This document shows, one piece after another, positions 62,554-64,000 of a stretch of 64,000 nucleotides of DNA. The notes below the pieces were generated by a model that was not told the origin of the DNA, did not search any database, and saw only the letters and a program-made list of their open reading frames with translations. Origin of the DNA: Deinococcota bacterium (GTDB lineage Bacteria; Deinococcota; Deinococci; Deinococcales; Thermaceae). Position 1 is the stretch's first letter. Every line of letters begins with the position of its first letter. The DNA lies in assembly GCA_041695225.1 (NCBI GenBank), contig JBGFRI010000037.1, positions 1-64,000 of the forward strand, in the 5' to 3' direction. The position numbers were made by a program, and so were the translations under genes.

Positions 62554-62827
62554 TAGTAGTTATACCGCAGGTGCGGTATAACACACAAAATAGGGATGTT
62601 ATGCCGCAATTTATGAGATTCAGAGTCAGACGATACTGTAGTCATCTAAAAGATCCCCCTTCCTGAGCTCAGTGCATGATTCCACTTAGGTTCGACACCT
62701 GGCTGGTAGCACCGAGAGGCCGTATCTGTGTTACACTACGCAACCTATTTTATCAGGTTCCACCGGCTCACCGCCACACAAGGGTCGGTTTTGCCGACTG
62801 CCAGCCACCAACGGGAGGGCTCGAGCC
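62554..62827. repeat. Second copy (B) of the attI + intI-stub platform
   Basis: Near-identical direct repeat of 60241-60509; translates SPFLSSVHDST*VRHLAGSTERPYL / YATYFIRFH. Confidence 0.9.
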
Positions 62828-63007
62828 GTCTTCCCTGGCCTTTCCCGGCTCTCAGTTCCTCAGCCAGCGTACCGCGACCTCGAGCGTTGGTCAGGGTCGG
62901 GAGGTTTGCATGCCCAGTTTGTCATTTTCAGCCCATTTTCGACCCTATTTGGGTCGGGCCAGGGTACATTTATACCTGGCAGCTTTCTGGCATACTATTC
63001 AGAAGTC

Positions 63008-63427
63008 ATGGAGCCGTCGCCCATCAATCCTTTACGCCCAGTGTGGCTTTTGTTGGGTTTCTTTTTTGTAGCCCTGGGGTTTGTTGGTACGGTAGTGCCG
63101 GGGATGCCCTCCACGGTGTTTTTTATTCTGGCCGCCTACTTTTTCTCCCGCAGCAGCAAACGCTTTCTGAACTGGGTGCTAAACCTGCCCAAAGTGGGTC
63201 CACTGGTGCGCGACTACCGCTCAGGGCTGGGGATGCCTCGCAAAGCCAAGGTATTCGCCCTGTGCATGCTGAGTTTTTTCGCCCTTACCAGTGCAATCTT
63301 TTTGATTCCCATTCTCTGGGTAAAGGCCCTGGTGCTGGTACTGGGGCTGGTGGGTTTCTGGTTCATACACAGCCGGATTCCCACCAAAGAAATTGTGCTG
63401 GCCCAGCGCCAGGTGGAAGCCCAGTAA
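63008..63427 (+). CDS. YbaN/DUF454 family membrane protein
   Basis: LGFVGTVVPGMPSTVFFILAAYFFSRSS; GMPRKAK. Confidence 0.88.
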   Translation: MEPSPINPLRPVWLLLGFFFVALGFVGTVVPGMPSTVFFILAAYFFSRSSKRFLNWVLNLPKVGPLVRDYRSGLGMPRKAKVFALCMLSFFALTSAIFLIPILWVKALVLVLGLVGFWFIHSRIPTKEIVLAQRQVEAQ

Positions 63428-63471
63428 CCTAAACGGGTATCCAGGGGTAGCCGGTAAGGCGGCTTTCCTGG

Positions 63472-64000
63472 CTATCTGATTACCGCGAAAGGCCGCCCCG
63501 TTACCGAGACCAGGCCCTGGTTGATGGAGAGGGCTCCGCCTGTGCTAGTGGCCTCAATCCGGATGGCTACCCGGAAGGCCCCACCCCGAATAATCTCCAG
63601 GGCACTGGTGTTCTGAGTCTCGCTCATAGCAATATCGATGGTTACTTCCTGGGTGCTTCCTACCGGCACGCTGAAACTGCCTGACCCTAGCCCAGTGTCG
63701 CCTCCAGCGTTGTCGTTGACGTTGGTGTCGCTTGCGGGCGCCAGGCGTAATTCGTAGTTGCCGCTAAAGTTTGAGTTGCCGGTATTGGTGATGGTGAATA
63801 CCACCAGGGTCTGCCCACGCTCGAGGATATCGAGGCGGAACGGCAGGGGAACCAGTAGCCCTTCCGGCCTGTTCCCCGGGAACAATAGCGAGCCCGAGCC
63901 TGGCGGGATGGTCAGGGTGCGCTGGTCTTGGGCGATGAAGGTGATGAGATTGACGTTCGGGGTGTAGCGGGTGGGTGCGCTGCATCCCACAAGCAACAAG
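63472..64000 (-). CDS. Putative lipoprotein (5' end outside window)
   Basis: LVGC lipobox at the window edge; beta-rich domain. Confidence 0.65.
   Translation of the reverse strand, partial: LLLVGCSAPTRYTPNVNLITFIAQDQRTLTIPPGSGSLLFPGNRPEGLLVPLPFRLDILERGQTLVVFTITNTGNSNFSGNYELRLAPASDTNVNDNAGGDTGLGSGSFSVPVGSTQEVTIDIAMSETQNTSALEIIRGGAFRVAIRIEATSTGGALSINQGLVSVTGRPFAVIR

Overview
A ~60% GC chromosomal segment that looks Meiothermus-like (Deinococcota/Thermales; inferred from gene content, leaderless gene starts and an unlinked 23S rRNA gene). Most of it is housekeeping: 23S rRNA 5' end, dusA, ispH, P1B ATPase, ruvB, mrpA-G, dgt, fabF/rpmF/fabH, pepA, a tilS-tadA fusion, truD, rpiA, metG, aroH, rpmE, tdk, miaA, gatA, recX, thyA/folA and hflX. 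The main result is a dispersed integron-type system. Three related platforms (22627-22900, 60240-60509, 62554-62827) each combine an attI-like site with a decayed 5' stub of an integron integrase, visible only by manual translation (e.g. SPFLNSVHDSIEVRHLAGSTERPYLYYAAYFTRFH). Each heads its own minus-strand array of attC-delimited cassettes: a restriction-modification pair, two toxin-antitoxin pairs, LysE and unknown ORFs. No intact integrase is present in the window. A second candidate is a methionine-sensing leader-peptide attenuator (MKGCSFLARMMRMSRR) upstream of metG. Also present: an IS200/IS605-type mini-element, IS remnants, heptamer repeat arrays, REP-like palindromes, a frameshifted S9 peptidase and an apparent excess of CTCGAG. 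All calls come from reading the sequence; no searches were run.
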